Positions 10,007 to 21,169 of a stretch of DNA of 64,000 bases are shown one piece after another. The stretch's first letter is position 1. Every line of letters begins with the position of its first letter. The position numbers and the translations under genes were made by a program. The notes beneath the pieces are model-generated. The model was not told where the DNA came from, searched no databases, and was given only the letters and a program-made list of their open reading frames with translations. The stretch spans positions 1,088,001-1,152,000 of the forward strand of contig OY781089.1 in the NCBI GenBank assembly GCA_963676565.1. Reading direction: 5' to 3'. This DNA comes from Halarcobacter sp. (GTDB lineage Bacteria > Campylobacterota > Campylobacteria > Campylobacterales > Arcobacteraceae).

Positions 10007-10911
10007 TAGTTTTCCTCACTTAATAGTTTCTCTAAATCAATACCATTATTTGGATTGTCTTTTCTTAAAAATTGAGTTCCTACTCCATCACTTGTAAATA
10101 ATTCAAGTAAAATAGAGTGTTCAACTCTTCCATCTATAATATGTGCTTTATTTACGCCATTATAAATTGCATCAATACATGAATCAACTTTTGGAATCAT
10201 ACCTCCAGCAATTGTTCCATCTTTTTTATAATTTTCTATATCCTCTTTATCTAAAGAGTTTAATAATTTGCCTTCTTTATCTAAAACTCCAACTGTATCA
10301 GTTAAAAATAGAACTTTTTGTGCCTTTACTGCTTGGGCAACTTTAGACGCAGCAACGTCAGCATTGATATTAAAACCTGGATGATTAGGTTCGGCACTAT
10401 CACCAATTGGTGCAATTACTGGAATAAATCCCTCTTCAACAAGTTTATTAATCATAGTTCCATTAACTTCTGTTATAACTCCTGTATATCCAAACTTTCC
10501 ATTCTCTTTTGGTGTTGCTTTAATTATTGCAGAATCTTTACCTGATATACCAATAGCTTTTGCACCATGGTGATTTAAAAGTGATGTTATATTTTTATTT
10601 ATTTCACCAGAAAGTACCATCTCAACTACTCTCATCGTATCTTCACTTGTAACTCTGTGACCATTTATAAATTCAGATTTAATTTCAAGTTTTTCTAATA
10701 GTTCAGAGATTCTAGCTCCGCCACCATGTACAATTATAGGCTTGATCCCCACTAAAGAGAGTAATACAATATCTTCTGCAAACTTTTCTTTTAATTCTGG
10801 ACTTGTTTGTGCCGAACCACCATATTTAATTACAATTGTTTTTCCATAAAACTTTTTTATATGTGGAATAGCATCCAGAAGGGTTTGAACTTTGTGTTGT
10901 TTTTTTTGCAT
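10006..10911 (-). CDS. argB: Acetylglutamate kinase
   Basis: IKYGG, HGGG, NINAD, GGMIPK; start trimmed to the ATG at 10911 (MQKKQH...). Confidence 0.95.
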   Translation of the reverse strand: MQKKQHKVQTLLDAIPHIKKFYGKTIVIKYGGSAQTSPELKEKFAEDIVLLSLVGIKPIIVHGGGARISELLEKLEIKSEFINGHRVTSEDTMRVVEMVLSGEINKNITSLLNHHGAKAIGISGKDSAIIKATPKENGKFGYTGVITEVNGTMINKLVEEGFIPVIAPIGDSAEPNHPGFNINADVAASKVAQAVKAQKVLFLTDTVGVLDKEGKLLNSLDKEDIENYKKDGTIAGGMIPKVDSCIDAIYNGVNKAHIIDGRVEHSILLELFTSDGVGTQFLRKDNPNNGIDLEKLLSEEN

Positions 10912-11008
10912 AGGCTTATAACCTTTTGAGTATTCAATTTTATTTAAATTTGGCATTATACTCAAAATTAGCTTATTTGCTAAATTTATTAGGAGTTGAT
11001 TTCAACTC

Positions 11009-12850
11009 CTAATACTCATCTGTTAATTCTTTCCCTTTTAAAAGTTCTTTTGTAAATATAACAGATTTATTTCTACCATTTTCTTTTGCATTATATAAAG
11101 CCATATCTGCAAATTTAAGACATTGCCAAAAATTGTTTGTATGAATAGGAAAAAGTGAAGCACCAATACTAATTGTTTTATTAAAAGAAGTATTAGCAAC
11201 AGGTATCTCTTTTTTAGAAAATGCAATTCTTATTTTTTCTGCAACTTCAAAAACAAACTTTTCATCACAATTATGAAGTAGCACAATAAACTCTTCACCA
11301 CCAAATCTAATTACGATATCTGATTCTCTAGTGTTTTCAATAAGTGTTTGAGAAACAATCTTAATTGCTTCATCTCCTACATCATGACCATAGGTATCAT
11401 TAATCATTTTGAAGAAATCTATATCAGCCATTAAAATTCCATAAGTTATATTAGCTCTTTTTGCTTGGGAAACAATAGTTTTTAAAGATTCTTCCAGATA
11501 TTTTCTATTATAAAGACCAGTTAAAGGATCTGTTCTTGCTGTTAGTTCAAGTTTATACATAAGTTTTTTACTAACAATTTCTGGTTTTGCAGTATCGATA
11601 TAATCTTGAACAGAAGGTAATAAATCTCTAACTCTTTGGTGCTCCTCTTCTGTATTACTAACAATAGAAACAATAAAATCTAAATCATTAGAGATAGAAT
11701 ATGGTATACAAATATGAAATTTTTTTGTTTCATAATTGAATTTATCACACATCTTATGAAATTGACAAGAATCAACTATTGTATTTGTTCTATCTGCTCT
11801 ACATCCATCTTGTGCATTGCAATGAATCTCTTTTTCAATATAAATAACATTAGTATTTTTATGGGTTGTATCTGCTTCAATAAAATTAAAATCTGTTAAT
11901 TTAAATTTTTCTCTTAAAATATAAGCTAGTCTTTCATAAACTTCATTTATATTTTCATCATGCTCTATGGTTTTTCTAAATCTATAAATGTCTGCAAGCC
12001 TATTTACTGTTATTTTTACATCTACTAAAGGATCAGTTCGTTTTCTTTTTTGGTGAACTAAAAATACATTAATTTTATGTTCAATATCTTCTAATGTAGT
12101 TTGAAGTTTTTCTAATAAGCCATCAATCCAATTTGCTACTTCATCACTTTCTTTTCCATTGGTTATACCAATTCTATCTGAGTAATCCCCAATTTGAGCT
12201 TTTTTCATAACTCTATTAATTGATTCAAAAAGAGTTAAGAAAGGTGAAATTAATTTATTAACAAATATCAAAATAAAAATTATTAGAACAAGGGCAATGA
12301 CAGTTGTATTTGTAAGGGTTGTTATACCTACTTCTTTTAAATCATCAACTGACATGGAAATAGTAATTGCACCTAAAGTATCACCTGTTTTTGCTGTTGT
12401 ATGACAAGATAAACAATCAATACTTCCATCTGAGGTTCCAATATATGGAATAGTTATTCTATAAGTACTTTTTCCAAAGATTTTTTCTTCAACAACTGCT
12501 TTTTCTTTACCAGTTTTTAGAACTTCTTCATCTATTTTATCCCGTGCAACTTCATTATTATAACCTTTCCCAAATTGTTCAATCACAGCAGGAGCTCTTG
12601 ATAACCAGATATTATCAATATTTTCAAGTTTCTCAATTTGCTCTAAAAATAAACCTCTGTTGTCAATGACCCCATTAACCATATGGGAAGTTAAACTGTG
12701 TTTTACAGTTTGGGCAATAGCCTTTGCTTTGTTCTCAACAGTTTGTATTCCATACTCCCTAAAATTAATAAGGATATTAAGTATAAGAATAATAAACATC
12801 GCAGACATTACTAGTAGTAAAGACAAAGATATTTTTCTTTTTGAATTCAT
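11009..12850 (-). CDS. Membrane diguanylate cyclase with periplasmic heme-c (CxxCH) sensor
   Basis: Two TMs, CLSCH, DPLTGLYNR, GGEEF. Confidence 0.9.
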   Translation of the reverse strand: MNSKRKISLSLLLVMSAMFIILILNILINFREYGIQTVENKAKAIAQTVKHSLTSHMVNGVIDNRGLFLEQIEKLENIDNIWLSRAPAVIEQFGKGYNNEVARDKIDEEVLKTGKEKAVVEEKIFGKSTYRITIPYIGTSDGSIDCLSCHTTAKTGDTLGAITISMSVDDLKEVGITTLTNTTVIALVLIIFILIFVNKLISPFLTLFESINRVMKKAQIGDYSDRIGITNGKESDEVANWIDGLLEKLQTTLEDIEHKINVFLVHQKRKRTDPLVDVKITVNRLADIYRFRKTIEHDENINEVYERLAYILREKFKLTDFNFIEADTTHKNTNVIYIEKEIHCNAQDGCRADRTNTIVDSCQFHKMCDKFNYETKKFHICIPYSISNDLDFIVSIVSNTEEEHQRVRDLLPSVQDYIDTAKPEIVSKKLMYKLELTARTDPLTGLYNRKYLEESLKTIVSQAKRANITYGILMADIDFFKMINDTYGHDVGDEAIKIVSQTLIENTRESDIVIRFGGEEFIVLLHNCDEKFVFEVAEKIRIAFSKKEIPVANTSFNKTISIGASLFPIHTNNFWQCLKFADMALYNAKENGRNKSVIFTKELLKGKELTDEY

Positions 12851-12982
12851 ATTGCCCCTTTTGAAAAAATAAATAAAATTGTAACACTTATATTCTTAAA
12901 AAAATTATTTAGTTTGATATATAAACATAAATTAAGCAAAAAAGTTATTTTTTGCTTAATTAAAATTATTGTACAATCACAT

Positions 12983-15724
12983 ATGAAAAAATTTTTGGCA
13001 TTAAAAGCTAGTGCAGGAAGTGGTAAAACATTTGCCTTAACTGTTAGATATATAACCTTACTTTTAAAAGGTGCAAAACCAAAAGAGATACTAACCCTTA
13101 CATTTACAAATAAAGCTGCAAATGAAATGAGTGAAAGAATCTTCAAAACCTTGCAAAATTTGGGAGAAGATAAAGCTTATTTAGAACAGATAATAAAAAA
13201 CTCTGGCTTTAGCAAAGAAAAAATCTTAGAAAAAAAAGAAAAAATCCTTGATGATTTTACAAATGCTTCCTTATCTATTTTCACAATTGATAAATTTGTG
13301 AATAAAATCTTAAGAGAGTTTTGTGGATATTTAGGGATAAGTGATGATTTTGAGATAAAAGAGGATGATATTGAAAACTTAAGTGCTAAGTTTTTAGAAT
13401 CACTTTCTTTAGATGATTTTGATAAATTAATCGATTTTCAACTTTATGAGAAAAAGAAATATTCCTCTTTATTTGATGTTTTTAATGAACTGTTTGAAAA
13501 GAATGAGACTTTTAAACCTTTAAATATTGATGCAAGTTTAATAAATGTTCAAAAAGAACAGTGTATGAAATTTGCTTTTCAAGTAAAAGAACATATTTTA
13601 AATTGTCCAAGTGCTTCAAATAGTGCAATAAAAGCTGTAGATTTTGAAAATTTTGATGAGTTTATTGCAAAATCATGGATTACAAAAAATAGTGCAAGTG
13701 AATATAGCTATTTTAAAAAATGTTCAAACGAACATCTTGAAAATATATTTATAAACTTAAAAAATGAAGTTGAAGTTTACTATAAAATTAGAGCGGGATT
13801 TTCTTTAAGTAGATTATTTCATTTATTTAATTTGTTTAAAGAATATAAAACAAAATACAATAGGGCAAAAAACTATTTACACTTCAATGATATTTCAAAT
13901 TTGGTATATGAGTTATTAAGTACAAGAATTGATAAAGAGTTTTTATATTTTCGATTAGATTCGAAGTTTTCTCATATATTAATTGATGAGTTTCAAGATA
14001 CTTCTTTACTTCAATATAAAATTTTAGAACCATTAATTAAAGAGATTTTAGCAGGGGATAATAGCTTTAAAACTTTTTTTTATGTTGGAGACACCAAACA
14101 ATCTATTTATAGATTTAGAGGTGGTAAAAGAGAACTTTTTGATTATGTACTAAAAACAAACACTCTAGTTGATGTTGAGATTTTAAATACAAACTTTAGG
14201 TCTTGTGAAAATGTAGTAAATTATGTAAATAATTCCTTCTCAAATTTAGCAAATTATGAATATCATGACCAAAATGCAATCCATAAAGGTGGGTATGTAG
14301 AAGTTTTCGAAGATGAACTTTTAGCAAATAAAGAGAAAAAAGAACAAGAGTTTGAAAATATTGCAAAAAAAATATCACAACTGATGCAAAGTGGAGTTAA
14401 TAGTAATGATATTGCAATATTAACTTATACAAATGAAGATGTATTAAATATATACTCTTATTTAAAAAAGATGTTTCCAAGTTTAAAAATATCAACTGAA
14501 ATGACCTCAAAATTAATAAATCAAGAAAATGTAAAAGCTGTAATAAATGCTATTAAATATTTTTATTTCAAAGAGGATTTATATAAAGAAAATCTTAATG
14601 CAATCATAGGAAATGAGCCAAATACAAGTTTTGATTTTGATGTAGATATAAAAAAGCAAAGTGTGCAAGAGATTATTTTACAAACAGCAGATTTATTAAA
14701 ATTAACTGATGACAATGTTATTAAATTAATAGAAGAGTGTAGCAAGTTTAAAAACATAGTTGATTTTATTTATGAGATAGATAAAATGGAAACTTCAATT
14801 GAAAATTCAGAACAAATTGGTCTTCAAATTCTAACTATTTTTAAATCAAAAGGTTTAGAGTTTCATACTGTTTTACTTCTTGATAGAATTAAACAAAAAA
14901 ATGCAGATAGAAACTCTTTGTTATTTGAATATGATGATGTTCATTTAAAAAATATCTATTATAAAATTTCAAATATTGAGAGTTTTAATGATGAGTATAA
15001 AAAAGCACAAGAGAAAGAAAAAGCTTTAGCAAAAGAGGATGAATTAAACATTTTATATGTTGCCATGACAAGAGCTAGAAAAAATATGATAATTTTTAAA
15101 AAGCAGAAAAAATCTGTATTTGATCTATTGTCATCAAATAAGTGTGTTATTGGCGAGATAAGTAAAAGCGATGAAAACAGTATTAACTATGAAAAAGCAA
15201 ATAAGGTTATTTATAAACCACTTGATTTAGGAACACAGGAAAAACCTGTATCAAAAGAAAATGAAAAAGAATACTCTTTGTATTCTAGGTATTTTGGAAT
15301 TGCAACTCACTATTGTCTTGAGATGATGAATCAATTTAATGAAAGCTCTTTAGATTACTCTATATCTTTAGTTAAAAATAGATTTTCTAGTTATTTACAC
15401 AATAACGATTTTGAAAATATTAAAAAAAGAGTAAATAAATTAATTGAAAATAAAACCTTTAAAACTTTGGTTGAAAATGCAATATTTAATAAAGAACAAT
15501 CACTTTTATATAATGGGGAATTGAAAATTATCGATCTTCTTGCAATCAAAGATGGAAAGTATTATATCTTCGATTATAAAACTACCAAAGAGGAGTTAGA
15601 AGAGCATAAACTTCAAGTAAATCACTATAAAAAAGCAATTAGTAAAATTGAAAATAGTGATGAGGTTTATGCCTTTATAATCTATTTAAATGAAGATGAA
15701 GCAAAACTTGTGGAACTTAAATAA
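12983..15724 (+). CDS. addA: RecB-like helicase-nuclease AddA
   Basis: ASAGSGKT, TFTNKAA, DEFQD, GDTKQSIYRFRG, YVAMTRA, C-terminal DYKT; start at ATG 12983. Confidence 0.93.
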   Translation: MKKFLALKASAGSGKTFALTVRYITLLLKGAKPKEILTLTFTNKAANEMSERIFKTLQNLGEDKAYLEQIIKNSGFSKEKILEKKEKILDDFTNASLSIFTIDKFVNKILREFCGYLGISDDFEIKEDDIENLSAKFLESLSLDDFDKLIDFQLYEKKKYSSLFDVFNELFEKNETFKPLNIDASLINVQKEQCMKFAFQVKEHILNCPSASNSAIKAVDFENFDEFIAKSWITKNSASEYSYFKKCSNEHLENIFINLKNEVEVYYKIRAGFSLSRLFHLFNLFKEYKTKYNRAKNYLHFNDISNLVYELLSTRIDKEFLYFRLDSKFSHILIDEFQDTSLLQYKILEPLIKEILAGDNSFKTFFYVGDTKQSIYRFRGGKRELFDYVLKTNTLVDVEILNTNFRSCENVVNYVNNSFSNLANYEYHDQNAIHKGGYVEVFEDELLANKEKKEQEFENIAKKISQLMQSGVNSNDIAILTYTNEDVLNIYSYLKKMFPSLKISTEMTSKLINQENVKAVINAIKYFYFKEDLYKENLNAIIGNEPNTSFDFDVDIKKQSVQEIILQTADLLKLTDDNVIKLIEECSKFKNIVDFIYEIDKMETSIENSEQIGLQILTIFKSKGLEFHTVLLLDRIKQKNADRNSLLFEYDDVHLKNIYYKISNIESFNDEYKKAQEKEKALAKEDELNILYVAMTRARKNMIIFKKQKKSVFDLLSSNKCVIGEISKSDENSINYEKANKVIYKPLDLGTQEKPVSKENEKEYSLYSRYFGIATHYCLEMMNQFNESSLDYSISLVKNRFSSYLHNNDFENIKKRVNKLIENKTFKTLVENAIFNKEQSLLYNGELKIIDLLAIKDGKYYIFDYKTTKEELEEHKLQVNHYKKAISKIENSDEVYAFIIYLNEDEAKLVELK

Positions 15725-16283
15725 AATATCTAATTGATGCAAAACCAAAGGCATCAGTTTTTTTTATTTGTTCAACTTGTTCATTGGTTATAATACCACC
15801 TAAAGCTATAATATCAAGGTCTTCAAATACTTGTACTGTTTCTCTTAATTTTGTTAATCCCTTTGGTTCACCTTTATTTGGTGTTTCAAAAATAGGAGAA
15901 TATGTAATAGCATTAACATGATATTTTAAAGCCTCTTCTATATCTTTATAATTGTGGCAAGAGATTATAATATACAAGTCTAATTTTTTTGCTTCTTTAA
16001 TTTTATCAAATTGTGTTGATTTAAGATGAACTCCATTTGCACCTAGTTTAGATGCTAATTCAAAATCAGAATTTATTAATATCTTTTCAATATTGTTTCT
16101 TTTACAAACAGTTATAAAACTTTTTGCTAACTCTTCAAAGTTTGAAGATTCATTATCTCTAAAACAAGCAATATCAACTTTTTTTGAGCTTAAAACCTCT
16201 TGTAGTTTTTTCTCAAATGTATCTTTTTTATTTGAGTAATATTTTGGATCAGTTATTAAATAACTAATCAAGTCATTGTTCAT
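15717..16283 (-). CDS. Thiamine-phosphate synthase / TenI family protein
   Basis: YLITD, GVHL, SCH, SPIFETPNK, ALGGI. Confidence 0.85.
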   Translation of the reverse strand: MNNDLISYLITDPKYYSNKKDTFEKKLQEVLSSKKVDIACFRDNESSNFEELAKSFITVCKRNNIEKILINSDFELASKLGANGVHLKSTQFDKIKEAKKLDLYIIISCHNYKDIEEALKYHVNAITYSPIFETPNKGEPKGLTKLRETVQVFEDLDIIALGGIITNEQVEQIKKTDAFGFASIRYFI

Positions 16284-16347
16284 TTATCTTTTTTCCTAAT
16301 AATATATTTCAATGATTTTATAATAGATTATATTAAAATTTAGGCAT

Positions 16348-16383
16348 AAAAAAAGGGAAAGAATAAAAAATTCTTTCCCTTTT
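16348..16383 (-). terminator. Rho-independent terminator after atpB
   Basis: AAAAGGGAAAGAAT ... ATTCTTTCCCTTTT inverted repeat with flanking A tract. Confidence 0.85.
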
Positions 16384-16407
16384 ATTTTAAAAGCTTTATA
16401 AGTTTTT

Positions 16408-17094
16408 TTAGTGGTGGTCTTCTTCAGCCATCATAACTGAACCAGCAATATAAACATAAGTTAAAATTGCAAAAATAAATGCTTGTAAGAATCCAAATGC
16501 AGCAAGCATAAAGAAACCAGCCATAGGTACAATCCATGGAACTAACATTAATAAAACCATAGTAAACATATCATCCCCTCTAATTGAACCAAAAAGTCTG
16601 AATGATAAAGAGATGATTCTTGATAAGTGAGAAATGATTTCGATTGGGAACATTAATGGAGCTAATATTGGCATAGGTCCAGCAAAATGTTTGAAGTAGT
16701 TAACGAAACCGTTCATTTTAATACCAACATAGTTATAGTAAACAAAAACAATAAGTGCTAAACTTAGTGTGAAGTTAATGTTTGCTGTAGGAGATTCAAA
16801 ACCTGGGATAATACCAAGCATATTACTAAAGAAAATTACTAAAGCTAATGAACCAATTAATGGTAAATATCTTCTTGCATTTTCTTCCCCCATTGTATCT
16901 GCACCCATAGAGATGATTCCACCAATAAATGTTTCCATTGCATTTTGTGAACCAGTTGGTACTAGTTGCATCTTTCTAGTTGCAGCTCTAGATAATAACA
17001 TAACAATCCCTACCACTATAACAAAGTGTGATAAGATAATCCATACTTGGTCATGGCTAATAATTCCCAAGAATGTAAACAGTCTTCCTTCCAT
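16408..17094 (-). CDS. atpB: F0F1 ATP synthase subunit a
   Basis: PTAN, SLSFRLFG, LQAFIF. Confidence 0.96.
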   Translation of the reverse strand: MEGRLFTFLGIISHDQVWIILSHFVIVVGIVMLLSRAATRKMQLVPTGSQNAMETFIGGIISMGADTMGEENARRYLPLIGSLALVIFFSNMLGIIPGFESPTANINFTLSLALIVFVYYNYVGIKMNGFVNYFKHFAGPMPILAPLMFPIEIISHLSRIISLSFRLFGSIRGDDMFTMVLLMLVPWIVPMAGFFMLAAFGFLQAFIFAILTYVYIAGSVMMAEEDHH

Positions 17095-17186
17095 TGTCTT
17101 CCTTTTTTAAATCTTTTCTTTGACTAAAATATACCGCACATTATATATTTTGTTTACTAAATTTTTAATAAATGCAAAAAATCTTT

Positions 17187-18407
17187 TTATATTTGTTTAA
17201 ATCTATAACCATTTTGTTTCAATTTTTCACGTATTAATTTTTGGTGTTCCTCACCTTTTGTTTCTAAGGCAATTGTAATTTGAGCCTCCCCAAATTCAAG
17301 TTTTATAGAGTCTCTATCATAATCTATTTGAACAATATTTGCTGAACATTCTTTAAAAATTTCGGTTAATCTAGTTAATGATCCTGGTTTATCAATTAAT
17401 TTGATAATCAAGTTCATTTTTCTATTTGATTTAACTAATCCTTTCTCAATAATTTGAGCAAGCATAGTTACATCAATATTTCCACCACTTACTATTGCAC
17501 AAACTTTTGAGTCTTCAAGTTCAATCTTCTCATGCATTATTGCAGCTGTTGCAACTGCACCAGCACCTTCTACAACAAGTTTATGCTTCTCAAGTAAAAA
17601 TAAAATAGCATTTGCAATCTCATTGTCACTTACTTCAACAATATCATCAACATAATCAATAATTATATCTAGAAGTTTTGGTGTTACATCCCTTACAGCA
17701 ATCCCATCAGCAATAGTTCTAACTGAAGTTGAATCAATTGGCATTTGTGAACGATAAGATTCTTTCATAGCCGCAGCTCCACTTGCAACTACACCAATAA
17801 TTTTTATATCTGGGTTTATTGATTTTGCAGCTATTGCAATACCTGAGATTAAACCACCTCCACCAATTGGAACAATAATTTGTTTTAAATCTTTTATCTC
17901 TTCTAAAACTTCTAAGGCAATTGTCCCTTGTCCTGCTATAACATCATCATCAGCAAAAGGGTGAATAAATTCACAATCATTTTCTTCAGCAAATTTATAT
18001 GCAGCTTCTTTAGCTTCATCAAAATTTTCACCTACTAAAACAACATTTGCACCATAAGATTTTACACCACTAACTTTTGTTAAAGGGGTTGCCTCTGGCA
18101 TAAAAATAGTTGCTTCAATATCAAAATATTTTGCAGCAAATGCTAAACCTTGAGCATGGTTTCCTGCACTTGCGGCAACTACACCCTTTTTCTTTTTATC
18201 TTCATTTAGTTTTGCAATTCTATTAAAAGCACCTCTTAATTTAAAACTTCCTGTTAGTTGAAGGTTGTCTTTTTTTAAATAGATTTCACTTCTAAAGGTT
18301 TCACTTAGAATTGGAGCTTTTGTAATTGGGGTATTATTAGCTACATTTTCTAAATTTTTCTTTGCTTCTTTTACATCATTTAAAGTAATCATATTTTTTC
18401 TTTTCAT
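17187..18407 (-). CDS. ilvA: Threonine ammonia-lyase with C-terminal ACT domain
   Basis: TGSFKLRGA, SAGNHAQG, GGGGL, SGGN; start may be the Met at 18392. Confidence 0.93.
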   Translation of the reverse strand: MKRKNMITLNDVKEAKKNLENVANNTPITKAPILSETFRSEIYLKKDNLQLTGSFKLRGAFNRIAKLNEDKKKKGVVAASAGNHAQGLAFAAKYFDIEATIFMPEATPLTKVSGVKSYGANVVLVGENFDEAKEAAYKFAEENDCEFIHPFADDDVIAGQGTIALEVLEEIKDLKQIIVPIGGGGLISGIAIAAKSINPDIKIIGVVASGAAAMKESYRSQMPIDSTSVRTIADGIAVRDVTPKLLDIIIDYVDDIVEVSDNEIANAILFLLEKHKLVVEGAGAVATAAIMHEKIELEDSKVCAIVSGGNIDVTMLAQIIEKGLVKSNRKMNLIIKLIDKPGSLTRLTEIFKECSANIVQIDYDRDSIKLEFGEAQITIALETKGEEHQKLIREKLKQNGYRFKQI

Positions 18408-18507
18408 CTAAATTGTTTGGAATAATATCTAAAAATAGTTTGTATTTCTTTGAATGGTTTTTTATAACAATTGAAAATACAAACTACTTTTAGATAGGGA
18501 AGACTCC

Positions 18508-20787
18508 CTATCCATTTTCCTTTCTAATTTGATTTACTGCCTCAACCATGTTTATTAAACTTTGTTTAGTCTCTGGCCACTTTCTTGTTTTTAGTCCACA
18601 ATCTGGATTAATCCATAATTGCTCTTTTGGTAAAACTTCTAATAAAAGTTTTATTTGAGTTTTCATCTCCTCTACACTCGGAACTCTTGGTGAGTGAATA
18701 TCATAAACTCCAGGTCCAACTTCTTGTTTATATCCTACTTCTTTAAATATTTTAAGAAGTTCATTTCCACTTCTAGCAGTTTCTATTGATATAACATCTG
18801 CATCCATATCTTCAATAGTTTTTATAATATCATTGAATTGGCTATAACACATATGTGTATGAATTTGCGTTTTTTCATAGGCTGTACTAACTGATATTTT
18901 AAAATCTCTAACGGCCCATGATTCATAATCTTTTATTTTATTAGCCCTTAGAGGGTAACCCTCTTTAAAAGCAGCTTCATCAACTTGAATAATCTTGATT
19001 CCTTTTTTTTGTAGGTCATCAATCTCATCACTTAAGGCAACTGCAATTTGTTTTGATACATCACTTCTTTGGATATCATCTCTAACAAATGACCAGTTTA
19101 AAATAGTAACTGGTCCTGTTAGCATCCCTTTCATGATTTTAGAAGTTTGTTTTTGTGCATAAGTAATCCAATCAACTGTCATAGGTTTTGGTCTACTTAC
19201 ATCTCCATATATAAATGGTGGTTTTACACATCTACTACCATAAGATTGCACCCACCCATTTTGGGAAAATGCAAAACCATTTAATTGTTCACCAAAATAT
19301 TCAACCATGTCATTTCTTTCTGGTTCACCATGAACTAAAACTTCAAGGCCACACTCTTCTTGAAAAGCAATACAATAATCTATATATGTTTTCATATCTT
19401 TTTCATACTGTTCTTTTGATATGCAACCTTTTTTAAAGTCCCGTCTTGAATTTCTAATCTCAGGAGTTTGAGGGAAAGAACCAATTGTTGTTGTTGCTAA
19501 ATCTTCATATTTTAAAAGTTCTTTTTGAACTTTTATTCTTTCTTCAAACGTCCCTTGTCTTGAAGTGTTTTTAAACTCTTTAGTTCTTTTTTGTACATTT
19601 TTATCATTTATTCTTAATGAACTTCTTCTATTATGATTTGCATTGATATTCTTATCATAATATTTTAAATCTCCATTTTGTAAGCTTTCAATCCCTGTTG
19701 AAAAAATCTTTGATATTAATCTTAATTCTTGGAGCTTTTCACAAGCATAACTCAACCAAGATTTAATCTCTTCATCAAGTTTTTCTTCATATTTTAGTGT
19801 AAAAGGTGTATGTAGAAGGGAACAAGAAGTTGAGATGATAATGTTTTCTTTTTTTATTTTTTTATTAAACTCTCCCAATAAAAGAAGAGTTTTTTGAATA
19901 TCATTAACCCAAATATTTCTTCCATCTACAACCCCAGCAATTAGTTTTTTATCACTATTTGCAATTGCATCTAGAGATTTAAAGTTTTCCTTCCCATATA
20001 AAAAGTCTAAACCTAGAGCCCAAATAGGAGTATTTACCAAAATATTTGTAGCTTCATTTGAGTGCTCAAAATATGTTGTAACAATGATTTTAATATTTTG
20101 TGCAATATTTGCTAAGCAGTCGTATGTAGGTTTTATTAAACTTAATAGTTTTGAATCATTATCTTTTACAAAAATAGGTTCATCTATTTGTACAAAAATC
20201 TCATCATCTAATTTTGATATCTGCTCAATTAATTCTTTGTATATTGCTATAACTTTTGGATATAACTCAAAAACATCACCATTATCAATTCTTTTTGAAA
20301 GTCCTAAAAATGTTAATGGACCAATGATATTTATCTTTGTTTTTATCCCTAATTCTTTTGCTTCTTTGTACTCTTCAATTATTTTTTTAGCATTTAATTT
20401 ATATTCATCCTCCAAGCTTAATTCAGGAACTATATAATGATAATTTGTATTAAACCATTTAGTCATCTCCATAGCTACACTTTCATCATTTCCCCTAGCC
20501 ATAGCAAAATAAAGCTCTTCATCTTTTAAATCTTGAAATCTTTTAGGAATAGCATTTAACATAATACAAGTATCTAAGATATTGTCATATAGTGAAAAAT
20601 CGTTTGAACTGATAAATTTAATTCCTGCTTCTTTTTGATAGTTCCAGTGTCTTTTTTTAAGTTCACTTGCAACTTTTTTTACTTCATCAAATGAACAATT
20701 TTTTGTCCAAAAACTTTCTAGTACTTTTTTAAGCTCTCTTTGTTCTCCAATTCTTGGAAAACCAACTACGTATGAATTTACAGACAT
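18508..20787 (-). CDS. metE: Cobalamin-independent methionine synthase
   Basis: GFPRIG, KWFNTNYHY, HGEPERNDMVEYF, HTHMCY, NPDCGLKTR. Confidence 0.98.
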   Translation of the reverse strand: MSVNSYVVGFPRIGEQRELKKVLESFWTKNCSFDEVKKVASELKKRHWNYQKEAGIKFISSNDFSLYDNILDTCIMLNAIPKRFQDLKDEELYFAMARGNDESVAMEMTKWFNTNYHYIVPELSLEDEYKLNAKKIIEEYKEAKELGIKTKINIIGPLTFLGLSKRIDNGDVFELYPKVIAIYKELIEQISKLDDEIFVQIDEPIFVKDNDSKLLSLIKPTYDCLANIAQNIKIIVTTYFEHSNEATNILVNTPIWALGLDFLYGKENFKSLDAIANSDKKLIAGVVDGRNIWVNDIQKTLLLLGEFNKKIKKENIIISTSCSLLHTPFTLKYEEKLDEEIKSWLSYACEKLQELRLISKIFSTGIESLQNGDLKYYDKNINANHNRRSSLRINDKNVQKRTKEFKNTSRQGTFEERIKVQKELLKYEDLATTTIGSFPQTPEIRNSRRDFKKGCISKEQYEKDMKTYIDYCIAFQEECGLEVLVHGEPERNDMVEYFGEQLNGFAFSQNGWVQSYGSRCVKPPFIYGDVSRPKPMTVDWITYAQKQTSKIMKGMLTGPVTILNWSFVRDDIQRSDVSKQIAVALSDEIDDLQKKGIKIIQVDEAAFKEGYPLRANKIKDYESWAVRDFKISVSTAYEKTQIHTHMCYSQFNDIIKTIEDMDADVISIETARSGNELLKIFKEVGYKQEVGPGVYDIHSPRVPSVEEMKTQIKLLLEVLPKEQLWINPDCGLKTRKWPETKQSLINMVEAVNQIRKENG

Positions 20788-20839
20788 TAATATCCTTTAA
20801 TATTTTATTTTGATTTGTTTTATGTGTTAAATATTAAAG

Positions 20840-21169
20840 TTAATGTGGTGGGTGTACTCCTGTTCGTCTAAATGCGAAACAAGTAGTATAATATGGACAT
20901 CTAGGGATAAATTTGAAAAGTAAGACTGTTAGTTTTGTTTTTAATTTAAACAGACAATCACAATGACAAGGTTTATTTGTAAGAATAGATGTAGTACAAA
21001 GAAGAAGCTCTGGTGGATCTTCATCTAATTCATCTATCTCTTTAGATAGTCTATATTGTAAAGTCTTTTTCGCAATAGTAACTTGAGATTCTAGTTTTAC
21101 TTGTACACTATGAGCTAAAATACTAACAAATGTAAAATATTTTTTTCCAAAACCTTTTGGTGACTTCAC
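20840..21169 (-). CDS. Cys-rich hypothetical protein / putative leader ORF upstream of metE
   Basis: 109-aa ORF; GTG start 5 nt after AAGGA; extended -10 TGcTATAAT at 21203-21211 (minus strand). Confidence 0.6.
   Translation of the reverse strand: MKSPKGFGKKYFTFVSILAHSVQVKLESQVTIAKKTLQYRLSKEIDELDEDPPELLLCTTSILTNKPCHCDCLFKLKTKLTVLLFKFIPRCPYYTTCFAFRRTGVHPPH

Noticed and set aside
16408..17094. atpB separated from other atp genes
   Set aside because: A split atp operon is normal in Campylobacterota.
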